A stretch of DNA of 64,000 bases from Minisyncoccia bacterium (GCA_038215155.1 JBBQRF010000003.1:65904-129903), one strand, 5' to 3'. Numbered from the stretch's first letter, positions 49,245 through 58,558 are shown. Translations and numbers: made by a program. The notes: a model not told the origin generated them from the sequence alone.

Positions 49245-49326
49245 TGCCAGAGGTGGGACTTGAACCCACAAGCCTTGCGGCACGCGATTTTGAGTCGCGC
49301 ATGTTTGCCAATTTCACCACTCTGGC
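49245..49326 (-). tRNA. tRNA-Leu(CAA)
   Basis: GCCAGAG/CTCTGGC-A, CGCGA-CTCAAAA-TCGCG. Confidence 0.95.
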
Positions 49327-49402
49327 AGAATACCATAAGTCTAATGAAATTTTAATAAAAATCAATTAAATTACCTTTGAAGTTATGCTAAAATATCTTT
49401 AA

Positions 49403-50452
49403 ATGTCTTCCCAATTTTTTAGTAACTCAATATTTTGGATTGAAGTGGAAAAGGTTAAGCCCAATCCATTTCAACCGCGGCGCGACTTTGATCAGGCGCG
49501 CCTACAAGATCTGGCTGACTCCATCAGAATGTATGGCGTCCTGCAGCCTATCGTGGTGACGCGCCACGAAGTGGCGCGGGAAGATGGGGGATTAGCCACG
49601 GAATATGAACTGATTTCCGGTGAGCGGCGCCTCCGAGCTTCTAAATTAGCCGGTCTCTCTCAAGTACCGGTACTAATTCGAGCACAGGAAGAAAATGAGA
49701 GAGTGAAACTAGAACTCGCCATCATCGAAAATCTTCAAAGAGAAGATCTAAACCCAGTCGATCGCGCCCGCGCCTTTAAACGACTAGCCGATGATTTTAA
49801 CTTCAAGCATTCTCAGATTGCCGAGAAAGTAGGGAAGAGTCGTGAATACGTTACAAATACCATGCGACTTCTGGCCCTGCCAGAAGAGATGCTTAAGGCT
49901 GTGTCTGAAGGAAAAATTTCTGAAGGTCATACTCGACCACTATTGATGTTAAGCGAACGACCCGAAGAGCAAAACACCCTCTTCAAAGAAATCATTTACA
50001 AAAAATTAACAGTTCGTGAGGCCGAAGCTATTTCGCGTCGCATTGCCTACGACAGAGTGCGGAAGAAAGAGCGAGCTTTTGATCCAGAATTAGTAGAGCT
50101 CGAAGAGAGATTGGCCGAGTCGCTTGGCACCCGGGTTCAGATTGAACGAAAAGATCAGGGCGGTCGTTTGGTAATTGATTTCTTTTCTAACTCCGATCTT
50201 CAAACTATTCTAGATTTAGTAAAATCAAATCAATCAAAACCAGCGACTGAAATGATGGATAAATTTATCGCCACCGACTCCGTGGTGAAGATAGATGAAA
50301 GTGAAATTGCCGTGGCCGAAGTGGCGAATCCAGAAGGGGTAGATGAATTGACGATTGTCGAGAATTCTCAGGCTCCCATTGATGATCGCACATCTGAAGA
50401 TAAACAATCCGACGAAGAGGATCTCTACTCAATTAAGAATTTCTCAATCTGA
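49403..50452 (+). CDS. parB: ParB/Spo0J partition protein
   Basis: PNPFQPRRDF, GVLQPI, GERRLRA, ENLQREDL, HTH. Confidence 0.93.
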   Translation: MSSQFFSNSIFWIEVEKVKPNPFQPRRDFDQARLQDLADSIRMYGVLQPIVVTRHEVAREDGGLATEYELISGERRLRASKLAGLSQVPVLIRAQEENERVKLELAIIENLQREDLNPVDRARAFKRLADDFNFKHSQIAEKVGKSREYVTNTMRLLALPEEMLKAVSEGKISEGHTRPLLMLSERPEEQNTLFKEIIYKKLTVREAEAISRRIAYDRVRKKERAFDPELVELEERLAESLGTRVQIERKDQGGRLVIDFFSNSDLQTILDLVKSNQSKPATEMMDKFIATDSVVKIDESEIAVAEVANPEGVDELTIVENSQAPIDDRTSEDKQSDEEDLYSIKNFSI

Positions 50453-50470
50453 TTTTCCTCGGATTTATGC

Positions 50471-50556
50471 AAATTCGGACGAGACCTACAACTTTTAGCG
50501 AGACTTTCCCGCTATGACCGGTCTCGATGAAAGTTCGTAGGTGAGAGAGAATTTTC
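50471..50556 (+). repeat. Palindromic repeat family A, copy 4 (same stem, different loop)
   Basis: CCTACAACTTTTAGCGAG...CTCGATGAAAGTTCGTAGGTG identical to copy 1 arms. Confidence 0.8.
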
Positions 50557-50570
50557 AGAGAGCTAATTAA

Positions 50571-50642
50571 TTAGCGGGGGGTCAACTTATGCGGATTATG
50601 ATTAGGACAAGTCTTGTTCGAACATCTCTCGGGAATCGTCTT
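50571..50642 (-). pseudogene. Orphan second copy of the topA 3' end
   Basis: Encodes KTIPERCSNKTCPNHNPHKLTPR* versus KTIPERCSNKNCANHNPHKLLKA* in topA. Confidence 0.85.
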
Positions 50643-50696
50643 GGGTCACAAATAATTTTCTCACCGACGTTCGAAAATTTTCGCGACCCCGGCTCG
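50643..50696 (-). repeat. Palindromic repeat family B, between the two topA 3' ends
   Basis: GGGTCACAAATAATTTTC...GAAAATTTTCGCGACCCCGGCTCG. Confidence 0.65.
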
Positions 50697-50777
50697 GTAT
50701 CGCACACTGCTATGTGCGATATACCTGCACCCGACCAAAACTAGCGGCGCACGCCATGCAGATGGCGTGCTTCACAT

Positions 50778-53021
50778 TTACGCTTTAAGGAGTTTGTGAG
50801 GGTTATGATTTGCACAATTTTTATTTGAACATCTTTCGGGGATCGTCTTGGTGCCTTCCATCATCAATGACCCACACATTTCACAAAGTCTGCCAGTAGG
50901 TTTGGCTTTGATAGCGTTTTTACATTGAGGATAGTTGGAGCAGCTATAGAAAAGCCCGAATTTGCCCCGTCGCTCTACCATAAACCCTTTCTTACAGACT
51001 GGACACTCTACTCCCGTTGAATTTTGCTTTTCTAGTTCTGCATCCTTCTTAATATATTTACATTTTGGATAATTGGCACAGGAAATAAATTGGCCAAATT
51101 TTCCTTCGCGTAAGACTAGATCGCCGCCATCGAGGGGGCATTTTTCACCGGTTATTTTCGGGCCAGCAAGCTCTTTTCCTTCAATGGTTCTCGCGCCGGT
51201 ACATTCTGGAAAACGAGAGCAGCTCATGAATTTCCCATTTTTGCCAAGTTTAATAATCATGGCGCCGCCGCACAGTGGACATTTGAATTCGTCGGGGGCG
51301 GCACCGAGGTTGGTAATTTTTTCTGTCATTTTGTCTTTAATTTTTACATCTTTAATAAAAGGAGTGTAGAAATCTTTCAGAGTTTTATCATATTGGCGTT
51401 TCCCCGAAGCAATATCGTCCAGCTCGTCCTCCATTTCTGCAGTGAAGGAGTCACTAATGTAAGTGCTGAAATTAGCCTCGAGAAATGATGAAACCACATC
51501 GCCGGTATCAGTCGGAACTAAGGCCTTATTAATTTTTTCTACGTAACCGCGATCGTCTAATGTTTTAATAATGGAGGCATAAGTAGAAGGTCGGCCAATG
51601 CCTCTTTTCTCCAATTCTTTTACTAGGCCGGCTTCAGAATAGCGAGGAGGGGGCTGAGTTTCTTTTCCCTCGGAATTTATTTCTAAGAGTTTTAGCTTTT
51701 CACCGACACTTACTTTGGGCAGCTCTACATCTTCACCGCGCGCTTCTGGATCGGCAGAGAGCCAGCCGGGAAATAGCACTCTCTGGCCAGTAATAGCAAA
51801 ATCCGGTATTGCCGCATTTAATTTTGGATCATCGCTGACATTGGCTGTGATTTTGCTACGCAACATTTTTGCATCGGACATTTGGGAAGCCAACGTCCGT
51901 TGCCAGATCAATCGGTAGAGTTTTTGCTGTTCGTCATTAGCACCCGCTCCTTCAGTATTCATGTGAGTCGGTCGAATAGCTTCGTGAGCTTCTTGGGCAT
52001 TCTTACTTTTTGAGGAATAGGTTCGCGGACTGAGATATTCTTTTCCAAATTTTTTCTCAATGGTGCCGAAAATTTGTCCAAGAGCCAACTTACTTAAATT
52101 GGTGCTGTCAGTTCTCATGTAGGTTATTAGCCCCACTTCATAAAGTTTCTGAGCAATACCCATGGTTCTTGATGGAGGGAAACCAAGACGGGAACTAGCT
52201 GTTTGCTGAAGAGTGGAAGTAATGAAAGGAGCTCGCGGAGATCTTTTTACTTCTGTTTCAGAAAGATCCAGAATGCGCCAATCATTTTTCTGAGTTTCGC
52301 CACCAATTTTAAGAATTCTTTCAACCTGCTTTTCATCACGCGGCTCTTCTGAGCAAATCAATGTGAATTCCTGAGATTTTGCCGCGACGTTAGCAGTAAT
52401 GACCCAGAATTTTTCGGGAATGAAAGCGCGGATCTCACGCTCGCGTTCCATGATAATGCGCAAGGCAGGAGACTGGACTCGTCCGGCTGATAGACCGTAG
52501 CGGACTTTCTTCCAAATGAGACCGGAGAGATCGTAGCCGACCAGGCGGTCTAGGACGCGTCGCGCCTCCTGGGCGCGGCGCAAATTCTGATCAATCTCCC
52601 GCGGATTCTTAAGAGCTTCCTTGATTGCTTCCTCCGTAATTTCATTGTAAGTAACTCGGAGGATTTTAGGAGCGAGGGTTTTATTTTTGGACTTTGCTTT
52701 TCCGGGCTTTGTTTTCTCAGGCTCCGGCGCCAAAAGCTCGGCAATATGCCAGGCAATGGCTTCACCTTCGCGATCCTCGTCAGTAGCTAAAATAATTTCT
52801 TCAGCCTTTTTGGCTAATTCTCTAATTTCATTAACTACTTTTTCCTTACCTTTACTGATTTCGTAATGTGGAACAAAGCCCGCCTCAATATCAATGGCTT
52901 TTTTATTACTTTTTGGTAGATCACGGACATGACCGACTGAAGCTTTTACCTCATATTTTCCACCAAGATATTTGGAAATAGTTTTCGCTTTAGCCGGGGA
53001 TTCTACAATCAAGAGTTTCAT
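50778..53021 (-). CDS. topA: DNA topoisomerase I with zinc ribbons
   Basis: IVESPAKA, DEDREGE, SAGRVQ, ITYMRTD, Cys ribbons. Confidence 0.97.
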   Translation of the reverse strand: MKLLIVESPAKAKTISKYLGGKYEVKASVGHVRDLPKSNKKAIDIEAGFVPHYEISKGKEKVVNEIRELAKKAEEIILATDEDREGEAIAWHIAELLAPEPEKTKPGKAKSKNKTLAPKILRVTYNEITEEAIKEALKNPREIDQNLRRAQEARRVLDRLVGYDLSGLIWKKVRYGLSAGRVQSPALRIIMEREREIRAFIPEKFWVITANVAAKSQEFTLICSEEPRDEKQVERILKIGGETQKNDWRILDLSETEVKRSPRAPFITSTLQQTASSRLGFPPSRTMGIAQKLYEVGLITYMRTDSTNLSKLALGQIFGTIEKKFGKEYLSPRTYSSKSKNAQEAHEAIRPTHMNTEGAGANDEQQKLYRLIWQRTLASQMSDAKMLRSKITANVSDDPKLNAAIPDFAITGQRVLFPGWLSADPEARGEDVELPKVSVGEKLKLLEINSEGKETQPPPRYSEAGLVKELEKRGIGRPSTYASIIKTLDDRGYVEKINKALVPTDTGDVVSSFLEANFSTYISDSFTAEMEDELDDIASGKRQYDKTLKDFYTPFIKDVKIKDKMTEKITNLGAAPDEFKCPLCGGAMIIKLGKNGKFMSCSRFPECTGARTIEGKELAGPKITGEKCPLDGGDLVLREGKFGQFISCANYPKCKYIKKDAELEKQNSTGVECPVCKKGFMVERRGKFGLFYSCSNYPQCKNAIKAKPTGRLCEMCGSLMMEGTKTIPERCSNKNCANHNPHKLLKA

Positions 53022-53080
53022 GGCGTTCATATATACTACACCCGAATTTTTATTGCAACTCTAGAGAGACTTCATAGAGA

Positions 53081-53947
53081 CTAAAGTAGAAAAATTTCTC
53101 CGCCTCTTTCTTTAATCATTTCCTTTAATTCTAAAATGCTAAGAAGGGAATTTAATTGGCTGATTGAGAGCTGACTTTTCTCCTCTAAATCTCCTCTAGT
53201 AATAGGGGATTGAAGCAGCTCGATTATCTGCCTTTCCTCTGCAGAACAATTTTCATATAGTTTTGCATCTTTTTGGCTGCTTTTCTCCGTTTTTACTCCA
53301 AGAGCTTCTAGTAAATCCTGGGGTGAGGTAATAGGGGTCGCCCCAGTTTGAATGAGATAGTGCGGACCCCCTGAATTCTCAGAAAATATCGAACCGGGAA
53401 TAGTTAAGACATCCCGATTATAATCACAGGCAAGTCTCGCCGTAATCATGGTGCCCGATTTTTTCTCCGCCTCTATTATTAGAATAGCGTCAGATAATCC
53501 GGCCATAATGCGATTACGTTGAGGAAAAGAGTCGACGGTAGCGCGAAAGTTCGGGGGAAATTCTGAGAGAAGACATCCTCCGGCTTCGAGGATGCTCTTA
53601 GCTAAGGACTTATGAATGGCCGGATAAATGACTTTATCTTCAATGCCGGATCCAGGCACGGCTATGGTCTGAAGGCCAGCGCGAAGGGCAGCTCGATGGG
53701 CAATGGAGTCAATTCCTAAAGCGAGTCCGGAAACAACCACTATATTTTGCCCTCGCAACCCTTCAATTAATTCTTGGCAAACCGCTCTGCCGTATTCACT
53801 AAATGAGCGCGCTCCGACCACACAGAGATATTTAGCATCCGCGGCCGGCAGTTGTCCGCGGATGAAGAGTTCTTCTGGTGGATCCGGAATCTCTAACAAT
53901 TTTGGTGGAAAACGCTCCCGCGGCACTTCTTCTACTGGGAAATTCAT
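53081..53947 (-). CDS. dprA: DNA-processing protein DprA
   Basis: VVGAR, VSGLALGID, FPQRNRIMAGL, SGTMITA. Confidence 0.95.
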   Translation of the reverse strand: MNFPVEEVPRERFPPKLLEIPDPPEELFIRGQLPAADAKYLCVVGARSFSEYGRAVCQELIEGLRGQNIVVVSGLALGIDSIAHRAALRAGLQTIAVPGSGIEDKVIYPAIHKSLAKSILEAGGCLLSEFPPNFRATVDSFPQRNRIMAGLSDAILIIEAEKKSGTMITARLACDYNRDVLTIPGSIFSENSGGPHYLIQTGATPITSPQDLLEALGVKTEKSSQKDAKLYENCSAEERQIIELLQSPITRGDLEEKSQLSISQLNSLLSILELKEMIKERGGEIFLL

Positions 53948-54017
53948 AATTGCAGCATACCTACTCCAAGATAAAATTTCGGTAAAGGTTTTCTAAAGCC
54001 TATGTTATTATTATCTT

Positions 54018-55292
54018 ATGCTCGATATTAAATTTATTCGAGAAAATAAGGACATTGTGGCAAGTGGTGCTCAAAAAAAGCACATTCCTTTCAATTTGGA
54101 CGAATTAATTGCTTTAGACGACAATCGCCGCCAATTACTCTCATTAATAGAGGGGAAAAAAAGTGAACAAAATCAATTTAATGAGAAAATCGTCAACGCC
54201 ACCCCCGAAGAGCGTACAAAATTTATTGAAGAAATGAGGACCTTAAAAGAGGGTCTTAATGCTGAAGAAGAAAAATTAAAAGGAGTGATGAAAGAATGGC
54301 AAAAACTAATGATTCAAGTGCCGAATGTTCCCGACATGTCGGTACCAGATGGAAAGGATGAGAGCGAAAATCAAGAAATAAAGACCTGGGGGGAAAAACC
54401 AAAATTTGATTTCACTCCGAAAAGTCATGTCGAGCTAATGGAGTCGCTCGACATGCTCGATCTTGAAAGAGGAACGAAAGTGGCGGGATTTCGCGGTTAC
54501 TTTTTAAAAAATGATGGCTTCCTATTAAACTTTGCTCTTTGGCAATTTGTTTTAGATCAGATGATGAAGACGGGAGACTTCTCTCCCATACTTGCGCCGT
54601 CCCTCGTTCGCAAGGAAACTCTTTTGGGCACGGGCTATCTTCCTCAAGGTGAAGAGGATCTATATAAAACTCAAGATGATACTTATTTAGTTGGAACGGG
54701 AGAAGTGCCAACGATGAGCTACTACGCAGATGAAATTTTAGAATTGAAAGGAAAGGCTCTGAAATTTCTGGCCTTCTCTCCCTGCTTTAGAAGAGAGGCG
54801 GGCAGTCACGGCAAGGATACTAAAGGAATTTTTCGGGTCCATGAATTTTATAAATTTGAGCAAGTCATTCTCTGCGAAGCTAATCACGAAGAATCAGTGA
54901 AATATCATGAAGAACTCACTTTAAACGCTGAAAAAATCCTTCAAGCTCTTAATCTGCCCTACCACAGTCTTCTCATTTGTGGCGGTGATTTAGGCTTGGG
55001 TCAAGTGAAAAAATACGATCTAGAAGCTTGGGTACCTTCTGAAAATATCTATCGAGAGACTCACTCCGCTTCTTATTTTCATGATTTTCAGACTCGGCGT
55101 CTCAACATTCGCTACAGAGACGCCGAAGGGAAGCTTCGTTTTGCTCACTCGCTTAACAATACGGCCTTAGCCACTCCACGAATCCTTGTTTCCATTGTAG
55201 AAAATAATCAGCAAGCGGATGGCAGCATTAAAATTCCCGAAGTCTTGCAAAAATACATGGGTGGCCGAACAGTTATTGGTCCTAAAAAATAA
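54018..55292 (+). CDS. serS: Seryl-tRNA synthetase
   Basis: MLDIKFIREN, GTGE, CFRREAG, RVHEF.KFE, LNNT. Confidence 0.96.
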   Translation: MLDIKFIRENKDIVASGAQKKHIPFNLDELIALDDNRRQLLSLIEGKKSEQNQFNEKIVNATPEERTKFIEEMRTLKEGLNAEEEKLKGVMKEWQKLMIQVPNVPDMSVPDGKDESENQEIKTWGEKPKFDFTPKSHVELMESLDMLDLERGTKVAGFRGYFLKNDGFLLNFALWQFVLDQMMKTGDFSPILAPSLVRKETLLGTGYLPQGEEDLYKTQDDTYLVGTGEVPTMSYYADEILELKGKALKFLAFSPCFRREAGSHGKDTKGIFRVHEFYKFEQVILCEANHEESVKYHEELTLNAEKILQALNLPYHSLLICGGDLGLGQVKKYDLEAWVPSENIYRETHSASYFHDFQTRRLNIRYRDAEGKLRFAHSLNNTALATPRILVSIVENNQQADGSIKIPEVLQKYMGGRTVIGPKK

Positions 55293-55294
55293 TT

Positions 55295-56152
55295 ATGCAA
55301 CGCCGCCGAGCTCTACAGCCATCTCAACTCGGAAAAAGACGACGACGCAAGAGAAGAAATCAATTATATTTATGGGTTTCTGGCCTAGCTATGTTATTTT
55401 TGGCCATCGCTTTTTCTACTCATCTTCCACAACTATCAATTAAAAATATAGATATTTCTGGCACATCCGTAGTGCCGAAAGATACGCTCCAGAGTCTCTC
55501 TGAGAATGATATAAAAGGTAATTATGGATTTTTGTTTTCTCGTCGTAATTTTTTACTTTACCCAAAAGGTAAAATCGCTGAAGATATTTTTAATACCTAT
55601 CCTCAAGTAGAAAATGTTTCAATCAAGCTAGGCGGAGTAAATAAATTACTTATTAATATTAGTGAGAGAAAACCAGTAGGACTATGGTGCCAAGGAAATG
55701 GCAGCATTATTGCCGATTGTTATTTTCTCGACAAGAGCGGCTACATCTTCGATAAAGCCCCTGTTGCTACCGATACTCCATATTTCACCTACTTCGGGTT
55801 AATTGGCGCTGATGATCCTGTTGGGCGGAATTATTTAACTGCTACCCAATTTAAAGATGTTAATAGTTTAATCGCTAACATTAAAAAACTAGGAATTAGC
55901 ACCAATGTTATGCTTGCCGTTGATAGCAGTGATTTCGAATTAAACTTAATTCCGAGTGGAAAGATTTTGTTCACCACCAATCAATCTGTCGACACCACTT
56001 TTTCCAATCTTGAAACAGTTTTAAATAAGAATAATCCCGATAATACTCATATTGAGCTTAACACCATTGATTACGTTGATTTAAGATTTGGAAATAAAAT
56101 ATTTTATAAATTAAAAAGCTCAGCCGGTGCTGCCACCAGTACGAGCTTGTGA
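55295..56152 (+). CDS. FtsQ/DivIB-like POTRA protein
   Basis: Basic N-terminus, TM, I.ISG, ISERKP, LDKSG, YVDLRFGNKIFYK. Confidence 0.75.
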   Translation: MQRRRALQPSQLGKRRRRKRRNQLYLWVSGLAMLFLAIAFSTHLPQLSIKNIDISGTSVVPKDTLQSLSENDIKGNYGFLFSRRNFLLYPKGKIAEDIFNTYPQVENVSIKLGGVNKLLINISERKPVGLWCQGNGSIIADCYFLDKSGYIFDKAPVATDTPYFTYFGLIGADDPVGRNYLTATQFKDVNSLIANIKKLGISTNVMLAVDSSDFELNLIPSGKILFTTNQSVDTTFSNLETVLNKNNPDNTHIELNTIDYVDLRFGNKIFYKLKSSAGAATSTSL

Positions 56153-56164
56153 TAATATCGAACG

Positions 56165-57307
56165 ATGGCGACATTAAATGATTTTGGCAAAGATCACCGA
56201 CAAGGACCTCTCAATATTGAGAGTTATTCTACTCGGTCGCCACTTCTGAACATCGAAGTTAATATTGTGGCCAATAAACCCCATCATTATATTCTTTGGG
56301 GATTGGCAGCTCTTTTCCTAGGCATTAGCGCTTCATACGGCATAGTCCAAGCTGGGGGATTAGCTCTGGAGCATTTTAGAGGACCACAAGCGGAACTTGC
56401 GGTCCAACAACCGCCCAGCTCGACAGAGCAAGGTTCAGATGACACTACCAGCACTACTACCCTCGAGCAGCAAATCTCGGGATTTTATAGCGTCTTAAAT
56501 TATCAAAGGCCCTTGTCACTGAGTGCGGCCGGATATTTAGTCGGAGATGTCGACACTGGAGACATTATTTTAAGAAAAAACGAAAACACTAGATACCCAA
56601 TGGCTTCTGTGACAAAACTGATGACGGCTGTTGTCGATTTAGAAAATTTAGATCAATTAGCTTACGCCACCGTTACTCCTGCTAGCACAAAATATTATAG
56701 ATTGACTGGGGATTTAATAATGAATGAAAAGATTAAAGTGAGCGATTTAAAATTTCCACTTTTAGTAGTTTCTAGTAATGTGGCCGCAGAAGTGTTGGCT
56801 AATCTCGGCAAGAGAGACGTCTTTTTGTCCTCAATGAACGACAAAGCCAAAGAGCTTGAGATGTCGAATACTCACTACGCCGATCCGAGCGGACTAGATC
56901 CTGGAAGTATTTCGACTGCCGCTGATTTATTCAAATTGGCAAAATATATTAAAGACAATCATCCGGAAGTTTTTGATATTGGCAGAATTCGAGAATATTC
57001 GATTCTTGGTCATACCTGGATTAATCAGAATCATCAACTGACTTACTCTACTTTTGCCGGTGGGAAAAATGGTTTTACAGATCAAGCAGAACAAACCACC
57101 GTTTCACTTTTTAAATTACCTTTTAATTCAAAAAATAAAAATGGCACTCGAACTATTGCTATTACTCTCCTTCATACCCGTGATCGATCCGGAGACGTCT
57201 CTAGGATATTAAATTATTTATCCGCCAACATTCGTTATGAAGAAAAGCCCTTGGATATTGGAAGTACGCAACCAGGACCTGCGGCAAATGGTAATCTAGA
57301 CAGATAA
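56165..57307 (+). CDS. D-alanyl-D-alanine carboxypeptidase (peptidase S11)
   Basis: ASVTKLM (SxxK), SSN, DPSGLD, GKNG. Confidence 0.88.
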   Translation: MATLNDFGKDHRQGPLNIESYSTRSPLLNIEVNIVANKPHHYILWGLAALFLGISASYGIVQAGGLALEHFRGPQAELAVQQPPSSTEQGSDDTTSTTTLEQQISGFYSVLNYQRPLSLSAAGYLVGDVDTGDIILRKNENTRYPMASVTKLMTAVVDLENLDQLAYATVTPASTKYYRLTGDLIMNEKIKVSDLKFPLLVVSSNVAAEVLANLGKRDVFLSSMNDKAKELEMSNTHYADPSGLDPGSISTAADLFKLAKYIKDNHPEVFDIGRIREYSILGHTWINQNHQLTYSTFAGGKNGFTDQAEQTTVSLFKLPFNSKNKNGTRTIAITLLHTRDRSGDVSRILNYLSANIRYEEKPLDIGSTQPGPAANGNLDR

Positions 57308-58302
57308 TGAATTTAGGTTTTTGGGAAAAATTAAAAAGGCCCATCTTAGTATTGGCGCCAATGGCAGATGTCACTGACGCTGCTTTTCGACGAGTAATCG
57401 CTAAATATGGTAAACCCGATGTCATGTGGACGGAATTCGTTTCTGCTGATGGCTTGTTTCTGGCAGATGAAGTTGGCCGTGCAAAATTAATGAAAGATTT
57501 AGAATTTAGTGAGGCTGAACGCCCGATTGTAGCCCAGTTTTTTACCGCGAAACCGGAGATGATGAGGAAGGCCGCCCAGCTCGCAAGCGAGCTGGGCTTT
57601 GACGGTATTGATATTAATATGGGCTGTCCCGATAAAAGTATTGAAAAGCAGGGAGCGGGGGCAGCGATGATGAAAAATCCGGAGTTAGCCGCGGCAGTAA
57701 TAGCCGCGGCTAAAGAAGGCGCCCAGGCGGCCGCTCAAAAATCCGGCCGGCCGCCCCTCCCAGTTTCCATAAAAACCCGCATCGGTTACAACAAAAATGA
57801 AATTGAAACCTGGTTGCCCGCTTTACTAAAATCTGAACCTGCCGTCATCACTTTTCACGCTCGCACGCGCAAGGAAATGTCTAAAGTGGCAGCACATTGG
57901 GAAGTAATCAAAAGAGCAGTGGAGATTCGTGACGCGCTGAAATCCGAGACTCTAGTTTTCGGCAATGGTGATGTAGAAAATTTGGAAATGGCGCGCGCCA
58001 AGGCGCGCGCCACCAACTGCGACGGCATCATGCTCGGCCGGGCCATCTTCGGCAACCCCTGGCTCTTTGCAGAAATCCAACCAACTTTTTCGGAAAAATT
58101 AAAAGTGTTGACGGAACACACCTATTTATTTGAAGAGCTGCTTGGCAGCATTAAATCCTTCGCCATAATGAAAAAACACTACAAGGCCTATGTCCAAGGG
58201 TTTGATGGCGCCAAGGAACTTCGAACCGCCCTACTGGAAGCCAAAGACGCTAGGGAAGTAGAGGAGAATATTAAAGGCTCCGGCTTTCTTGGACATTCTT
58301 GA
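57307..58302 (+). CDS. tRNA-dihydrouridine synthase
   Basis: LAPMADVTD, DINMGCP, HARTR, GNGD, GRAIFGNPW. Confidence 0.93.
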   Translation: MNLGFWEKLKRPILVLAPMADVTDAAFRRVIAKYGKPDVMWTEFVSADGLFLADEVGRAKLMKDLEFSEAERPIVAQFFTAKPEMMRKAAQLASELGFDGIDINMGCPDKSIEKQGAGAAMMKNPELAAAVIAAAKEGAQAAAQKSGRPPLPVSIKTRIGYNKNEIETWLPALLKSEPAVITFHARTRKEMSKVAAHWEVIKRAVEIRDALKSETLVFGNGDVENLEMARAKARATNCDGIMLGRAIFGNPWLFAEIQPTFSEKLKVLTEHTYLFEELLGSIKSFAIMKKHYKAYVQGFDGAKELRTALLEAKDAREVEENIKGSGFLGHS

Positions 58303-58326
58303 CAATTAAAACTCCTGTGCTATGAT
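58299..58326 (+). promoter_or_regulatory. Sigma70-type promoter
   Basis: TTGACA-16 nt-TATGAT with TG extension. Confidence 0.7.
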
Positions 58327-58332
58327 GATAGA

Positions 58333-58540
58333 ACTGATCTGGCACTTGAGATAGAGTGTCGGAAGAAATCAGAAAAGTTCAACCATACGCGCTTACCATA
58401 GAAAGGAGGAAAATATCCTACCATCGCACTTTGGTTAGTGATGCTTGAGCTGCTACGTAACCCCTCCAGTGGGGAAAAGCAGCTCAGGAGAAAATTTAAA
58501 CGGCGGGAGGGTCACAAGACTCTCCCGCCAATTTCTTTTT
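58333..58540 (+). ncRNA. Candidate structured ncRNA of about 200 nt upstream of dnaX
   Basis: Own promoter, several hairpins, terminator GGCGGGAGGGTC-ACAA-GACTCTCCCGCC plus U-tail. Confidence 0.55.
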
Positions 58541-58558
58541 ATTTGTTATACTCTCCTC

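Noticed and set aside
49216-49365. N-terminal extension of the LAGLIDADG ORF and a possible tRNA intron
   Set aside because: The extension is the tRNA-Leu sequence read in frame; the tRNA is uninterrupted.
11955-50696. CRISPR interpretation of the repeats
   Set aside because: Copies are dispersed singletons with no regular repeat-spacer period and no cas genes.
58445-58558. Upstream extension of dnaX; SRP RNA call
   Set aside because: The extension runs through a terminator and DnaX homology starts at Met 58559; the SRP helix-8 consensus is not present.
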